Shown here piece after piece: positions 37,245 through 51,345 of a DNA stretch of 64,000 nt (position 1 is the first letter of the stretch; every line of letters starts with the position of its first letter). This DNA is from Trichosphaerium sp. ATCC 40318 (Eukaryota > Protista > Tubulinea). The DNA lies in the NCBI GenBank assembly GCA_038496445.1, contig JALMLS010000081.1, positions 124,001 to 188,000 on the forward strand, read 5' to 3'. The notes under the pieces were generated by a model, which saw only the letters and a list, made by a program, of their open reading frames with translations, was not told where the DNA came from and made no database searches. The position numbers were made by a program, and so were the translations under genes.

Positions 37245-38104
37245 CTAGTAGTTGTAGGTTTTTTGTTCACAAAACCTTTCTATGGCTTCTACAGTTGTAG
37301 GTGTGTATGTATCATTAATAACTACTGTCCCAGTTTTGTATCCATCCCAACTTAAAGAGCACTAGAAAAACACGTGTCATTGTTTGTAACTTGGTAGTTT
37401 GTTATCAGCTCAAAAATATTGTCACGTGATTAAACACGTGTAAATAATCGTGATGGCATGACGTACACTGTATGGGATAATTCCTGAAATTCGTATTGCT
37501 TTAAATTCCTTTATAGTTTGCTTCTGCTTTAAAGTTTTTCGTTGTCTTCTCTTTCGTTTGTTCCTCTTATTATTCGCTTTGTAATCACACCTCCCTATTA
37601 ACATGCACACCCCTTTCCTGCGTGATATAGTGGTGCGATGGGTATAACGGATCTCATAGGTTAACGTGACAGTGCCCAAAGCATTAATATCTCTTCTCCT
37701 GCAGAGTTTCGAGTTAAACAAGGTTTTATTTCGAAACAAACCGTACCAGTTGGGTGAAGGTTGTATGTTTATTGTTTTAACATGCTCGCCTCGTTCTAAT
37801 TTACATGCATAAAGGCCAGCAAATTCCAGAACGTAGTGTTGCATTTTTAGTTGTTTTAGTAGCCCTTTGGTATCACTGTCGCTGGTTGAAATCTCGTAAG
37901 TACGTTTTAGCGCTCTTAGCCCTGTTTAAAAGTTATTAACGAAGAAAGTGCCAGAATTTAATCAAAAGTGTACGTACACGCGTTTTTACCACCCGAGAAA
38001 GTGTTTACAAAGGCGCAGGTAGTGCTAAACTTTGAAAGAACAAAAATATCGCATAGGTCCATCACACATACTATAAGCTCCGGCGGCATATCAAGAAGCT
38101 CCAT
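37245..38104 (-). CDS. F-box protein
   Basis: N-terminal LLDMPPELIVCVMDLCD..LSKFSTTC. Two introns. 3' end possibly degraded. Confidence 0.55.
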
Positions 38105-38297
38105 TGCCAACAGGGTATTGTAGAAAAATGTAGCTCTTCGCGTTTACTTGAATATTCGCGTAAACTTTAACGATTTTTTCCTGTTTGGCCATCCGACTGT
38201 TGGGACATTGTTGTTTTACGGTTTTTACTTAATTTATAAATTGAATCTGTCTTGGGTTTACAGTGTCAGTGATGGTTATCTTACATTATATACATTA

Positions 38298-39324
38298 TTA
38301 CGGTGATGCCTCGGAATCCGATTCTGTGACTGAACCAAGTGAAGGTAGAGCAGTTGCTTTTAAAGGAGGTGGGGATCCTCTAGCTATGCTGTTCTTTGTG
38401 CTCTATACAATGAGAGTTAATATAGCGGCTTTGAAGCGGTATACGTGTACCCCCATTGAACAAGGTAGACGCGTAAAGTCAGAGTTACTACGTGGCCTTC
38501 TTCTTCTTTGTGATACGCTTGTTGGGATGGCTCTAGGAGTTGATGGTGTGAAAGTGTCTTCATCGCTTATTTCTGGATGTGCTAGTGCCATTTGTGCTGT
38601 ATATTCTCCTTCTTTCTGCTTCCATAGCTTTGTTATAACAAGAAAGAGGTATGGCTTGACCTGAGGACCGATTTAGCGAATAAGGCGGTTTTTTTGGGTT
38701 TTTTGTACCTCATCCTCGTCCATCTCGCTTAGTTTTTGTGAGAGACGCCTAGAGATGCAAATGAGATCAACGTAAACGATATAAAAAAAGATTTCTGAGC
38801 ATACTCATTTAACCAAACCCAGCCAGCTAGTATTTCGTCTAGTGAATTCGAGGCAGCGATTTGGTAGTAAGGGGAGTAGTTATAGACAATACGAAAATTC
38901 TCGGTTGTGGGGTCGGAGAACACGAACCGACCCAATTTCCCAAACACACCTATTATAGTACTTTAGCGTTATACAATTCCAAAGATAAAGAGAAAACTCA
39001 AGCGGAAATGTCTTTTAAAACCGTTGGTTTGCGTTTCAACAATTGGTGGTTTTGGGAAGTGGAAGTAATTGCAGCTCTGCCCTTCAAAAATGAGCGAACA
39101 GGAGTTCATAAAGGAGTATGGTGACAAATTAAGGCGTGTAGGTAATATTCGTACCGGATACACCTGAATCAAAGCCTATGTGCGCGTTAGTACAAGTAAA
39201 GCGCGTTTATATAAAAAAAAATTGTACCTTCTGTAAAATGGCGCTGAAGAGAGAAATGATCGCTTCGCTTTAATGTGGCCCATAGCAGACCAGAGCCAAA
39301 GGTTTGACGAGGCTTAACCCACAT
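38298..39324 (-). CDS. Protein consisting of a TBC1D8/9-like N-terminal domain and a Ser-rich tail
   Basis: MWVKP..LLW...HFSLQR and FRIVY..YQIAASNSLDEILAGWVWL resemble the TBC1D8/9 N-terminus. No TBC domain. Confidence 0.55.
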
Positions 39325-40443
39325 TATTCGCACTTCATAAGGAAAGAAGTTGCGCCTATCGAGTCTTGTTTACAATTATTCGCTGGAAGATAACTTGGTT
39401 GGTTACTGTGAAACTGGAATTCAACGTCTCTTGCTACGAACGAAAAATTGCCGCTGGTAAAGAAAATGAACATGTTTGACTTTTTGTCTGTGTTTTCGTG
39501 AAGCGAAGTTGTGCAATTTGGTGGAAGTAAAGCTTAGCCTAGAACCGACAAAGCCCAATGATTGTGTTTATCTGTTCTTTGTATCATTATGTGACTAGTT
39601 GCCTGCATTCAACAAATTCAACTTCTTGCTTTTGTTGTTTGCCGGTTTTATTCAACTCTTTGCGCATGAAACGATATTTCCTCCAGGTGGTTTGAATTGT
39701 AATCAACTAGAAAAATTTAATGACAGCGGTCTCCTTTCGTCGATGTCAAAGGTACAGACTTTGAGATTGCGTTTACCACAGTGAGGAGATATGCACCAAG
39801 GTTTTGTGAACAAGCAAATCAGCTGTACAGGCCTGAATAACGGAACGTTAATCTACTATCTCAGTTCGTTGGTCCTATTGATACTACCAACCCATCAAAT
39901 GCAGCATTACAAGGTACATCACCACTGAACGGTGCTGGTGTCACTGTCTCAGATTTACGATTACAACCGAGCCTTAAGAGATGGCCCTCCTACAATTGGT
40001 AATTAACACTTGACCAGGCACATTTTACACTGCTAAAATCCAACTATTTCGCTCAGGAAGCACTTTATTTGTGTTGTAGTATCCATTGGAGCACTTTTTA
40101 CGATAAAAATAAATGACTAAATAACTAGTTGACTAACTTGACTGAGGACAATACAGAATTCAAGAAAATATCCAATCAAACGAATAGAATGATGCTTAAT
40201 GCACAACGTATCTTTATCATAAAACATGGAACTGTCAAAAGCTCATGAGTGTAAATAAACATTTTGTATGTCAAAGAAAAAATAAGAAGCAGCGAAAGAA
40301 GGTTCTGTCACATTTTTGAATTTTCACCGAAAAAGAAAATTGCCTTTACAACATTATATTACACGGCTATGTTGTAGATTAGCACTATCATTAATATAGT
40401 GCTTTGGACAATAGAATAGGTCAAAGTTTGAATGGTTTTCGGA

Positions 40444-43400
40444 TTAATTTACTTTTATTTTGTCTTCGTAATTGATCCTTCTTAGTGTACAGAATAAGAT
40501 GATAGTCAGATCAATTACAAAAAATATTGGAAGAACCCATCCAGTCAGGTAATCAGAATCATCATCTTCATCCTCTTCCTTGATACACTTATGCATCTTT
40601 AGAAGCTCCTTTATTTCATTAGCACGTTTTTTGTACTCAGCCACTTGACCTGCAGGCAAAAAGTTAAACAGTGGATTCTACTACTCCAAATACAACAGTA
40701 CCATCAAGCAAAACCAATCTTTCGAGTGCTTGTGACCATGCTAACCGTTCGCTTGAATCAACAATATTACGAATGATAGCACCAGCATGGCTGTACGCTC
40801 TTTCAAGCTTATCCAAGGGGAGGTATGATCGAACATTTGGTTCATAGATTGCTTTTGTACGAATATTATCTAGTATACTATACGCTTCTTGCATTGTTTC
40901 TGAAGCTGCTTGCAATGCATTAACAATGTAGTTGCGGTGAGCGACATCTGTATCAAACGCAGAAAAGTGGTATTTGCTTGATGTTTCAGAAAGAGGGCTA
41001 TCGCCTACAGACCAAGCCCAATCCTATTGGCTTAAGTCAATACCATAGTTTTCGAAAAAAAAACCGCCAAAAACATTCGACGCACTTGAACTGTCTTATT
41101 GTTTGCCTCGCTAAATCCAACATGGCGTGATAATGTTCCACTTAATACCTCAACTGTTGCTGCCAAACATCCCTTCATGGGTCTCATTAGATCTATTTTT
41201 ATCGTAGTTTAGAATTCAGAGAAAAATTTAAAGGAGTTGATTTACCATAGTAAATTTTGTCTCCGTTGCAATCCAATTGACTAGGATGTTTGCGTTCTTT
41301 GGACTGTACAGCCAATACCATACCAGGAAGAGCCTTAGGCAGATGTTTGTTAAAGAGGTAGTGATGTTTGGATGAGAAAAATTCCTGTTTTTTGTACCTT
41401 GGCAGTGTGGTGATGATCGATCAGTACTGGTGATTCGTATGCCGTTGAAAATAAGAAAATAGGAATATGTCTTGTGCCGCTACCGTATGTATCATTTGAT
41501 GAAAGGCCTTCCATTTGAAGTGCAGTCAATTGTTGATAAAACTTTAGAGAATCAATGTAAAGTGTATCAGCTGAATAGAATTGTCCTTCATCATCTAATG
41601 CAGGTGAATTACTGTGCTTCAAAGAACGTGCAAACGCTAATGAAAGCTCAGCATCGTCTAACATGGACAACCTACAAAAAACAAGTCAGCAATTTGTTCA
41701 ACTCTTCTTTTTGTTTTTTTCTCGTTTCAGAACAACCACGCACTCTTTGAATCTGAACGTGAACTCTTGAGAAGGCAACTTAAATTTAGCTATCTCATGT
41801 TTGAAATCATCAGTATTAAAATTATGTCTCCCGAGTGGGTCGTAATCCTAGAGCCGCAAATAAACGAAAATGTTTCCAAAACAAAAACACTCAAAGAAAA
41901 GAATAGTTTCTCAGTCAAGCTGTTTCGTACTTTGTGAGTCTTTATGACATAGAAGTCAAATGTAACACGTTGTGTGTAATATGTACGATACCGTGGTTGT
42001 GGAGGAGTTATCAAGTGTGTAATAGCACGTGATGTGACAGCATGAAGATCTGATAAAAATCTTCCTTGTACCTCAGCTGTCCAAATCTTATCAGTATTTT
42101 CTAGTTCCTTGTCCACGATATCATGAAGAAGACCATCAATCGTGGTATCCGTGGTCGTAGACGCTTCGTGTATACGTAGAGACACTTGTTTGCAAAGAGG
42201 ACTATCTTCTCGTTTCTTTCTTAGACAGTATTGCGTGTAGTGCTTTTTTGCGATTGAAATCATGTTTGCTCTCACAGCTCCTTCATGTTCCCTCTGGAAC
42301 GTTGCTTGTTTCTCTAACAGATAATCAAAAATGTCATTATCCTCGAAATGAGGGGATTGGTACCTGTGGATTTTGGTATTTTGGAGTGAACTGAAGGCAG
42401 TGAGTGCGTGTGCCTGAAACCGACTCCGTCTTGAGCTGATACTGTAGTACCCCATTCAAAAGGGCCAGCAGTCAAGTCAATAAACATCATGCGACCATGT
42501 GATACCCACGTGTCAACCAAACAGTCAGAGCAAGGTACCATACCTCTTAGGACCTCATAGAGATATCTCTTTTCATATCCTGTACCTTGTACTGCTGTAT
42601 ACTTTGCAACTTCTTCAATAGTTCTTTCTTGCTCTCCTTTGATGAGTGCGCACTCTGGCATGTCGGCATTGCTCTCATCTGTGCAATCTTTTTCAGAATT
42701 TTGTAAAGACCAATCAACCACGTCGCCTTTTACGAAAATAGAGAGGTACTGCTTCGCCCATTCCTAAAAAAAAGTATTGTTAAATCAGGGGAGACTAATT
42801 TTTTTTTGAACAAGCACGTGCCATTGAATCTCTCATCACGTCATGATCGAAAACATGTTTATCTTCACCTTCCGCAAAGTATCTGGAATGATAGTCTTCT
42901 ACAGTATCATCACCTTGCTTTCCTGATCTCCCAGAGCCCTGTTTTTTGTAGAAATCCGAAAATGAAGCAATATTAAGAGTACCAAAGCTCTGTTAAAAAC
43001 ATTAAAAAATTATTTTACTTCTTTGGGTCTAACGTACTCCCTTAAGCAGCTCAATCTCCTTTTGTGAGTATCCAACTCTATATCCATATACTTGATCCTA
43101 AGAGAACATTATTGACAAGATATATTAGAAGAGTGATGAATAAAAAGAGTACCTTGTTGTTTACTGGGCGAAGTGGGTTAAGTACGAAAATAGTATATGA
43201 CTTAGTGAGACCAAGATCATCAACAAGGCTCTCTAGTAGCCCAGCAATCTTGTATGGATTCACATAATATTCAGTATCTTGCCCTTCTGTCTCATTACCG
43301 GACTTTGGGCCATCTATACTGCATTGTTGTGCGTGAGGATCAGAGGCACGCTAAAAAACAAGATATCACAATGTGTCACCATTTAAACTCTCTATCATTG

Positions 43401-44064
43401 TCTAATTGCGTACTAGATGCCATAAGATTGCATCTTGTAAAATGGTAGTTACTAGAGGTGCTGTGCGGATGAGATGCAACCGGTATCTGGAGGTGAAGGA
43501 CAATTTTTAGAAAAACATGAAAGACCACTTTGAGAGGATTATACGCTTCTCTTTGGAGACGTACTTGTACCGAATGACGTATGGGGATAGTTTTGCTTCG
43601 TTTTTAAGCATTTTATCGCCCAGAACCTCATCTGTTGACGTTGATTGGAGAACTGTATCCAGTCCTGCGGACATCCACGCTTCTAGAGCCTCCCATGATA
43701 GATGAATGCCTAAAGGAATGATTAAACAACATGACACGTAGGTTTCTAATTGGTTTAGGCGTTACATGCTGAAACGTGTTAAAAACAAGCGCACCCGTGT
43801 TACCATCGCCTCTAAAGCCTATTGGTACAATATTTACATGGACAGGAATAGTAATCTCGTTCATTGGACTAAAGTTCAACATAGATGCGAGAGACGCTAT
43901 AATGTTATGATGGGGTGGCGAAATAGAGATGTACCTTGTTCGTTAAACGTAAACTGCTCTACTTTGTTTTAATAACCATAAAACAGATGATTGGGCGTAC
44001 TGAAATCGGTTGCAGTGCATAATGCGCAAAAGCAACAGAAGAACACCAATATTAGATTTGACAT
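40444..44064 (-). CDS. Large conserved signal-peptide + C-terminal TM protein (plant At4g16180/At5g58100-like family)
   Basis: PVHVNIVPIGFRGDG, YTIFVLNP, FIDLTAGPFEWG, IPIFLFS, WAWSVGDSPLS, RNYIV, C-terminal TM. Confidence 0.7.
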
Positions 44065-44459
44065 GGCACTTTTGATTGCATATGCCGTACTGTGCGTATC
44101 TTACACTGACCGGGAGTAATAAATGTAGTTAAGGCTACGTTCACTTGACATAACGGTATAACCACTCTAATCGATTATGAGACGATAACAACGGCGTTTC
44201 AATGACATTGAAACGTTAATTGACGCTTTCACTGGCAAATGAAGAACCATTTGATAACACGGCCTTACAGCCCTTATTGTAGTATTTCAAACGCTACAAT
44301 CACTACATACAAAAACACGGTACACGTGAAATAAAGTCGAGACGTGTTTGGATTATGGATTTGGTTTTTTTTTTTGAATTATTTGTACATACTAAAGAAC
44401 CCTGAGGACGCCTTTTTGGGCGTGTTAGTTCTTTTCTTTTTTTCTTTTTTTTGTCCTTA

Positions 44460-47400
44460 TCAATCATCCAGTAAATCGAGAATGTTAGGTACTTCAACAT
44501 CACTTTTTTCAGTAGTAGTGTCAGGTGCGATAGCGACATTGCTAGATTTGTTGATAGCATCAGGAGATTGTTGTTTAGGTTTTTCATTTTGTTGATCGTC
44601 AACACTCACTGATGGAGGTGTATCGCTATTATTTTCTTCAGCGTCCTCAACAACATCTTCATTATCATCATTATCTTCTTCACCAGCATCATTATCACCA
44701 TCAGGTTTCTTTGTTGAGTCGCCAGTAAACACATTTGTGAGAACCTTGTCAACATCTTTTTCTTGCTTTTCAACTGGTACATCAGGGACAAAATTGGTGT
44801 ATTCTCCTTCCTACAAGATGACACAAAATTAGTACACAACAACAAATACAAAAGACATGACAAGAAGAATTTTATCAATAGTTCCTAGAACTTTCATCCG
44901 TACCTCTAACAACAAGTCGTTTAATTTTTTCTTTTCTTGAGCCATCTCGAAGATATGCTCCTCACATGATCCTTCTGTAAGTAACCTGTAAACATATACT
45001 TGCTTTGTTTGACCTAATCGATGGGCCCTATCCTCAGCTTGTCTATCAACTTGTGGGTTGAACGAAGTGTCATAGAAAATGACAACATCAGCAGTTGCCA
45101 AGTTGATTCCAAGACCACCAGCACGTGTCGACAACAAGAACGCAAATATGCTCTTATCCTTATTGAACTTATCAATTAGACCCTGACGCTCACCAACAGG
45201 TGTTTGTCCATCAAGACGTTGATAAGGAAAGTCCAAATCCTCAAAGAGGAGCTCAAGGATGTCAAGAAGTCTAAACGAAAACTATTGTCAGAATTTTGGA
45301 AACATTGCAGTCATTCGTTCGTACCTTGTCATTTGAGAGAATATAAGGACTCTATGTCCTTCACTCTTAAGTTTAGGTAGTAATGCAGCTAATTTTTGGA
45401 ACTTTCCAGATGAGTAGAGCATCGTTTCTAAACAAAAAAGTCAAAATCGGTCATCGCTTTTTAGCAAAAAAAAAAAAAGGCAAAGTAAAAGGTTGCCACG
45501 TGAGCAATTCAAAAAATCACAACAATCATATCCATTATAATACCTCGTTTTAACGCAAATTTTTGCATATAGTGAGGAGTACAAAATCGAGCAAGCTCGA
45601 AATCGGAGTATCCTTGAAACTCCTTTGTTAGATCAGCAATAGGATCTTCCGCATATTTTGGGTCGTTTTCTTTTAAGGTTTGTACAATTTTATCGACCAT
45701 CTCATCAGAGTAGAACGACCTCACAAGGATAGGATGATTCGATGTCTATAGTTTATAAAAATCAATAAAGCGTGGGTTTGGGGAGGAGGTAAATAGAATC
45801 AAATCAAACGTACTTTTCTGAGTTGCATGAGAATGTTATTTAAAAATTGGTTGATTGATACTTTCTTAGTATTAACATCAGTAGTGTTCTTCTCCCATAC
45901 TTGTCGAGAATGCATATATAATCTTTTATAAAACTCAGATTGATGATCAGTCATCTTGCACCGAATTACACACTCAATTTTTGGCTTGAGGTTAAGATTG
46001 ACCTGAGAAAACACAAGTCAGCAAAAAAAAATGTCGCAAAGAGGAAAAAGTTGGGTTGACCTGAGATTTTAATCTACGAAGGATGAATGGACTTAAAATC
46101 TTCTTCATGCGCTCCACATATGTATCCTTTGTTGAAGACTTTGCTTTTTTGTTACGTATGTATTCTTTAAATAGTTTTTTAAACTCAGGAACAGAATCAA
46201 AGAGCTGTGGCATTAAAAATTTAAGAAGATTCCAAAGTTCCTCCAAATTATTTTGAAGTGGTGTTCCTGTAAGTAACAAACGATGCCTATTTAGAATGTA
46301 AGTATGAGTCAATAACAATAATAAAATACGACAGAATGCAACAAGATACCAAGGGAGGTAAATTTACAAACTGCTGACGATCAAAGAGGAGATACAACAA
46401 AAAGTTGATTTTTTTCTTTTAAAAAGTGGGTTTCTTGGTTTGGTTTTTGTCGTACTGTGAGTTCATCATTGATAGAGCTTGGAAACGTAGTGAGCTCTTG
46501 TTTTTAATATTCTGTGCTTCATCTAGTACTAAAAAGCAGAATTTCATTTTAAGCAAGAAATTCCTGTCAACTTTAGGAAATGACATTTCATAAGTTGTTA
46601 AAATTACCTACAAAACGATTAAAAACCAAAACAAAAAAAAAATAAATTAAGAGCCACGTACATCATAGCGATATGGATGTTTTAGAAGTAACCTTTGATG
46701 ACTAATACGCTGTTCTTGAGCACCATGGTATACATGAATTCTTAAATCCGAGCACCAACGTGTCAATTCGTTGTGCCACTGTGCCAGGGCTAGGTAAAAA
46801 GTTAGGTCAATTTCTTTTTTTGTTTGCCTCAAGTCAATTGCTTACTTGATGATGGAACCACTACAAGGTGAGGTGGCTTTTCTCCTTCCATTTTCAGTTT
46901 AGCAAAGAGAGATATCGTCTGTACAGTCTTGCCAAGACCCATCTCATCAGCGAGAATACCATTAAGTCCAGCCTTGCTTAAAGTATACATCCAGTTAAGA
47001 CCCTCAGCCTGATATCCCTTTAGGACCAACATATCTGCCATTATCTCTGGCTTAGTTGTAGAAGTTCCATCAGTATTAAGTGTCTCAGAGACGCGCTCTG
47101 AAAGTTCTTCACACTTTGTGATGAGACCAGCAATTTTTCTATCTTGCCATTTCTTTGGTGCAGGCTTCTTTTTATCGAGTACGACAACAGGTTCGCTCTC
47201 ATCAACCTCTTCCTTGTCATTTGAAGAAGAAGATACCTTCTTTATGACTTGTGTATTACGGCGTATAATTGTACCATTTCTTGTACGTAGGGTTGAAGGA
47301 GGAGTTGTTGGCGTCTCTTTCTAAAAAACAAGTATTTTTAGTTTTCTTGAAATTATTTTGTTTTGATTGAGGTAAAAGCTATTACCTTGACATCTTCCAT

Positions 47401-49413
47401 TGGTGTATCTATTGTACCATTATTATCTGTTGTATCATTAACAAGATCAAGAATTTTGCTATTAAGCTTTGGCTTTGGTAGATTTGGGGCAGTTGGTCCT
47501 CTTCGTCTAGGTACAGTCCTTGATGCTGTTCTGGTACCTCCCCACGATTTATTATAGTGCTTTGGCTTATTCTCTGCTGCTCTTACATCTCCGCGTTGCG
47601 CATTAAGGCGGTGAATAGGTTTAGGTTGAGCTTGAACTTGAGGTTGATAGGATTGGTCATTATCTACTCAATCGTTTAAAAAACGTTGCAATCAAGCACA
47701 GAAACAGATGAAAAAAAAGAAAAAGTGTACCCTGTGCAACCCGGTTAAGAAGAAAATCAATCGCGTCTGCCAAGTTGTTTTGAGAGTCCTTAAGTGCTGC
47801 CATAGCCTCTTCGCCAGCGAAGCCCTAAATATCAACGTGTTAGCGGTGATACGCTTCGAGCTTTGAGTTTTGTTAAAACGCACCATATTTTTCAGTTTTT
47901 GCACATTAGCATACGAAACAGTGACTTTAACTTCACCACCTTCGTCGTCCGAATCTACAAGCGTAGGATCGATACAAGTGCGCTTAGGTTTTCGTTGTCG
48001 TGGTTTTTTCTTTGTTGCCATCCTACGACGCTTTACAGGGCGCTCAAGTACACTAGAACCTACAGGTCTTTCTCGCTTTACAGCCTAAAAGAAAAAAGTA
48101 GTTGTAAGTATCTTTTCATGAATGAACAACGTTTAAAACGCACCTGAGTAGTTTCTTCTGGTTCAGGCTTAAAAGAAGCGTCTCTGGCCTCTCCATCGCT
48201 ACTATCCTCTTGCTCGTTGTCTACGTCATTTAATGACTAATTGAAGAAAAAAAAACAACAAAAAAAAAGAGGCTCGTCATTGTTATGCTTACTCTGTGCA
48301 TAAGTTTGGTAGGCTGACATGATATCCTAATTATTTCTTTAGAATAGGTTATTTGATTACTTAAAAATAAAGAAAGATTAATTTACTAGCGTAAACAAAG
48401 CTTATTTTAAGTCATCATCGTCCGTTCAACATGTTTTGCACAACGTCAAATTAAAAAAAATTCCCTAAAATAGAGCACGGTATGGTACGTACAAAATCGT
48501 CTGTAACTGTCTCCTTAACAACATTCCTACTTCTAAGCTTCGATCTCGTGGTTGGAACAAACTCATCATCATCTGTAGGATGATTACGGACGATGCTACT
48601 ACCACCCAAATTTGGCGTAAAAGATGACCTATTTGACCACCTTGTACCCCTAAAATCCAATCAAAATTATTTCATACACCACTATTACGGCTTTCTTGTA
48701 TTATCGAAACATTGACAAATTGTATTTTTTCAATTTTTTTTTTTTTGTTGTTTTCTTCTTCTGAAAAAAGCTGAAAAAGACAAACAAAGTTGATGGATTT
48801 GTTCCCATTTTTTCTTTATTCCATTACGGAATTTTAAAATAATATTTATACTTAAAGTACCCATTCCCATATCCCAAGCGTGACGGGTTTCCTGATTCAA
48901 ATATTAGAATTGAGCAAGTGGAGAATGATTCATTTTTTTCTCACTGTTTCTTGTAGATAGCCATGCCGGTTGGTAGGTATTCGTAGTGTACGATGGTTGC
49001 GTCTTTGGAGCGGATGGGGTATTATGCCCGTAAAAATCGAAAAACTCTGTAATTAGTTATTTTATAGCACTTCATGGGTGTTTAATCAATATCGCGTACT
49101 TCCTAGGCGTGTATTTCCAGGAGTAACTTTTTTCTTGCGGCCGCGCGGTGAATCTACTATAAAGCCCGTGTCTCCGTAGCTATTTGACTTTTTAGCGTAA
49201 TTGACGATCATAGAACGCACTCAAGCTCTTCCTCAGAAACATCGTCTTCTTCAGGTTCTAATTCGTCGTCTTCATCAATTTCAAAATCGGACTCCCTCGC
49301 CTCGTCTTCCTGAATGCAGTAAGAAGCGATTATTCGCAGAACTGCTGTAAACTGCTTTGGTGTGCCTCAATAAAGTCAGGATCTTCAAAAACGTCATCTT
49401 CCTCGCTTTGCAT
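44460..49413 (-). CDS. SMARCAD1: SNF2-family chromatin remodeler, SMARCAD1/Fun30-like
   Basis: [62 protein letters not shown]. Acidic N-terminus and a CUE/UBA-like helix. Confidence 0.85.
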
Positions 49414-49498
49414 CGTTGTTGTAAGTAGACAGAATAATATAGCGCCAAATTGCCGCGCTTAAATAAAATTAGCCTAAGCTTATGCTACGGAATCTGCA
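49414..49498. promoter_or_regulatory. Compact bidirectional promoter between SMARCAD1-like and DBR1
   Basis: Divergent predicted start codons with only 85 bp between them. Confidence 0.5.
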
Positions 49499-51345
49499 AT
49501 GGAGGCAGTGACGGAAGAACAACCTGTACAACAGACCCCAGTTACACAAGAGAATGAAACAGCTGATAATGACACCAAAGTACAAGTTTTTACAGATGAA
49601 GTGTCTAAAGTTACTGTACGAAGCCTTTACGTAGTTTTGGACTAATAAATGTGCAGATAGCTGTTGAAGGTTGCTGTCATGGAGAACTAGACGCTATTTA
49701 CAATACAGGTATGCCACGGCGCATTTTCGTACGTACTAAACCAGCGCTGTGAAGGAAATTGAAGAAAAACATGACAAAAATATTGATTTAGTTCTACTAT
49801 GCGGGGATGTACAGGTACTACGATTATATACGTTCACACCAATCCTCCACTCTAACAAAAATCGAGGCTGCGAGAAATCAGGCAGACATGGCTTCGATGG
49901 CAATGCCTCCAACCTACCGAACTCTAGGAGACTTTCACCAATACTACAAGTAAGTACAAGCATACCACTCCTTTTTTTTCGTTAACAGCTTTCAAAGTGG
50001 CGAAAAAAAAGCTCCATACCTCACAATAATTATTGGTGGCAATCACGAAGCAGCTTTGTACTTTTGGGAGATGTACGCATGTCTACAAGTGTTACAAAAA
50101 GAAATTTTTCAATGAACCTTCCTTCAACGTTCTCTTCGTATTCACTCTTTTAAGGCCCTTTGGAGGATGGATTGCACCGAATATTTATTACCTAGGATTC
50201 GCTGGTGTAGTAAACTACGGTGGATTACGTATTATGGGGCTATCTGGGATCTTCAAACATTACAACTACTTTAAAGGTAATATCTCTTTTTTTTGGTGTA
50301 CTAGCTGCTTGCTTTCAAGTCTCTCATGTCTATTTGACACAATAAGACCTTATATTATGTATTCAGGTCATTGGGAAGCTCCTCCTTTCACAGATAATCA
50401 TTTGGTAAAGAAGAAATCGTATTACCATATTAAAGAATACCAAATATGGAGAATGTCTCTTCTCACTGGAAATTTCGATGTTGCCCTCTCCCATGACTGG
50501 CCTACAGGTGTTTATAATCATGGTGATAAACAAACACTTCTTCGTATGAAACCATACTTTCGTCAGGAGGTAGGTGGTGTCTCTTATTTTTGATTTCAAA
50601 AAAAAAACCACTAACTTTTTTGGATCAAAGGTTTATTCAAATAGACTTGGTAATCCACATGGCAAATACCTTTTAGACAAATTACAACCAAAGTATTGGT
50701 TTTCTGCTCATTTACATGTTAAATTCGCTGCTGTTTGTCCACATACGCATAACAACAAAGAAACAAAGTTTCTTGCTCTTGATAAGTGCTTGCCTGGTAA
50801 ACATTTCTTACAGGTAAAACACGCACTTTTCTATTTTTTTTTTTTTATTGCTGTTGTTGACGTTTTTTTGAGGTTGTTGATGTTGATTGCTCATCTGAAG
50901 GAGAAAAAAAATTAACATATGATCCAGAGTGGCTTGCTATTACTAAAATGACGTGGCGGTTCTGGCCATCAAATCATTGGCAGCTGACTGATGAGATGTA
51001 AAATCTTTTTCTTTTTTTTACCTTTTCTAAATTTCAATATTGTAGGAAGGCTATACTTACTGTTGATGATGAGACACTGTCTTGGGTTAAAAAGGAATTT
51101 AACGGAAATTATGAAATTCCTCTTAATTTTGAAAAGACTGCAAGTTTGGACTCAGAAGAGGTTAAATTGGCGCCAATCACTGACTTTACACAAAATCCTC
51201 AAACAATGGCGTTAATGAAGGTAACAAAATTTTTTTACTTTTGACCTTCTTCTCATTCATAGAAACTAACTGTATTTTCAAGCGGCTTGGTATATTTCCT
51301 ACACCAATAGAACCTGAGGCTAACCCTGAGGAGATTGAATTATGA
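49499..51345 (+). CDS. DBR1: RNA lariat debranching enzyme
   Basis: [60 protein letters not shown]. Confidence 0.96.

Noticed and set aside
39560-40030. Signal-peptide-like ORF and coding-looking fragments
   Set aside because: Interrupted by stops and frameshifts with no recognisable family, so I cannot support a gene.
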